64,000 nt of DNA from Chlorokybus atmophyticus (Eukaryota > Plantae > Mesostigma and Chlorokybus algae). Shown here in pieces: positions 62,659-64,000 of the stretch. The number at the start of each line of letters is the position of its first letter. Within the stretch, counting starts at the first letter, position 1. A program made the position numbers and the translations under genes. The stretch lies in the NCBI GenBank assembly GCA_009103225.1, contig RHPI01002272.1:13451-77450 (forward strand). Direction: 5' to 3'. Below the pieces are notes generated by a model that made no database searches, was not told the DNA's origin, and saw only the letters and a list, made by a program, of their open reading frames with translations.

Positions 62659-63546
62659 CATGATGTAAGCGCATGAATTGCATGTGCTTGCGTGACATAC
62701 AAAGGACAGCTGGTCGCTGTAGTTACAAAATGGTGTGTGTCTGACATTGACGCACACTCCAATGTACAAGAATAAACACACGCACGCATGCACGCGTCTG
62801 TTCTGTTGTGGAGAGACAAGCACGTACAGAGTGTACACGTGCAGGATTATCTTGCGCGTTGGTACCGTAAGTGTTGAAGATTTGGTGAATGTGCGAATGG
62901 GGTCCTGCTCAAGTCAACTGTGTCATTGTACAACACGCCCTGTGCGAGGGTCACACACATGACGCTTCGCCGCAAAGTATGTGACACTGTCACAGTGACA
63001 GTATCCATTCAAGGCGCACCACATGTGGTGCATTGACAAGACAACCTGCAAGACAGCCTCATCGCTGTGTGTGCAGCATGCGATCTGACTTGACCCGCAC
63101 AGGTATTGGCAAGGCATGAATCGCGTTTTGCATCCGATTGGAAATGCACGCTGTGTATCTGCATGTTAGCTGACGTTACCGGCAAGGTACACGTGAGGTG
63201 TTGCGTGCCATGCAGGAAAGAAAACCAGCAGCATCACCTGCGGCTTGCAGTTAACCAACAGCAGCCAACGCCACAGCGCAAGATAGGAGGGAAGAGGAGG
63301 CGGCCGCCCGCAAACATACATACGCTCCTCCGCCGCCATCGCTGCCCAACGCCGCTCAGCCAAGCCAAGCAACTTGTGGATTGGTGTAATACTTGACAGA
63401 ATGCAATATCAGATCGCCCATGCATGGGCAGTCTGCCCATGACGCCCGGGTGCCCAACCTCACTTCATCCTCTCGAGCACAGTAGCCTGCTGTCTGCCTG
63501 CTGGTTGTGACCGTTGCGGCGGCGGCGGCGGCAAGGCTTGGGTGGC

Positions 63547-63803
63547 AGCGGCGGCCGGCTTTGGGGGGTGTGACGTGTGCTGTGGGTAAGCAACCCACAC
63601 TAGCTGAGCGCGCCTGTCTTGGGCATGCGCGGTGAGGCTGCGTGTGTGGGTTTGCAAACCCTAGCCTAGTTCACGTTAGCGGCGACCGGCTTTGGGGGTT
63701 TGTGACGTGTGCTGTGGGTAAGCAACCCACACTAGCTGAGCGCGCCTGTCTTGGGCATGCGCGGCGAGGCTGTGTGTGTGGGTTTGCAAACACTAGCCTT
63801 AGT
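63547..63803. repeat. Two-copy tandem duplication, period 131 bp
   Basis: 63547-63671 and 63678-63803 share gtgacgtgtgctgtgggtaagcaacccacactagctgagcgcgcctgtcttgggcatgcgcgg with few mismatches. Confidence 0.9.
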
Positions 63804-64000
63804 TGACATCAACGCCTCTCACGCCAGAAAGCGTCGGGGTGGGCTGCTGCTGGTTGATGTGGCGGCGGCGGCGGTGGTGAGGGCACTCGGCTAGGGGAGT
63901 TGGATTAGCGTTCATGCGGTGCAGTGCTCCGCAATCCGCGGAGGAGGAGGCGGCGGCATAGCGGCAGAGCAGAGCGGTTGGTCTCTCTCCTTCCCCTCCC

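Overview
Eukaryotic, intron-containing, fairly GC-rich draft-assembly DNA. It is probably from a green-lineage, non-seed-plant organism such as a streptophyte alga; this is inferred from TIR-NB-ARC-LRR genes, a PHT4;6-like transporter, a methyltransferase-carrying Ty3/Gypsy element and a Penelope-like RT. About 1.1-30 kb is a nested transposon block: a CACTA/EnSpm-type transposase with a divergent partner gene, a 562-bp TRIM with 5-bp TSDs, a histone H3/CENH3-like pseudogene with a long N-terminal extension, a foldback element split by an 8-kb Gypsy element encoding a C5 cytosine methyltransferase, and a Penelope-like RT. About 30.5-55 kb is an immune-type gene cluster with two TIR-NB-ARC-LRR genes, two SEFIR (TIR-superfamily) domains and two EDS1/PAD4-type EP domains (motif FW..YRLLVEPIDIAN[YW]Y). 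I could find no lipase-like domain with either EP domain. One EP domain lies directly downstream of a SEFIR domain, and the other follows an N-terminal transmembrane segment. This SEFIR + lipase-less EP + TNL neighbourhood is the most notable feature. Many genes carry single-base stops or frameshifts, so several copies are probably pseudogenes or contain assembly errors. All family assignments come from motif recognition by eye; no database searches were run.
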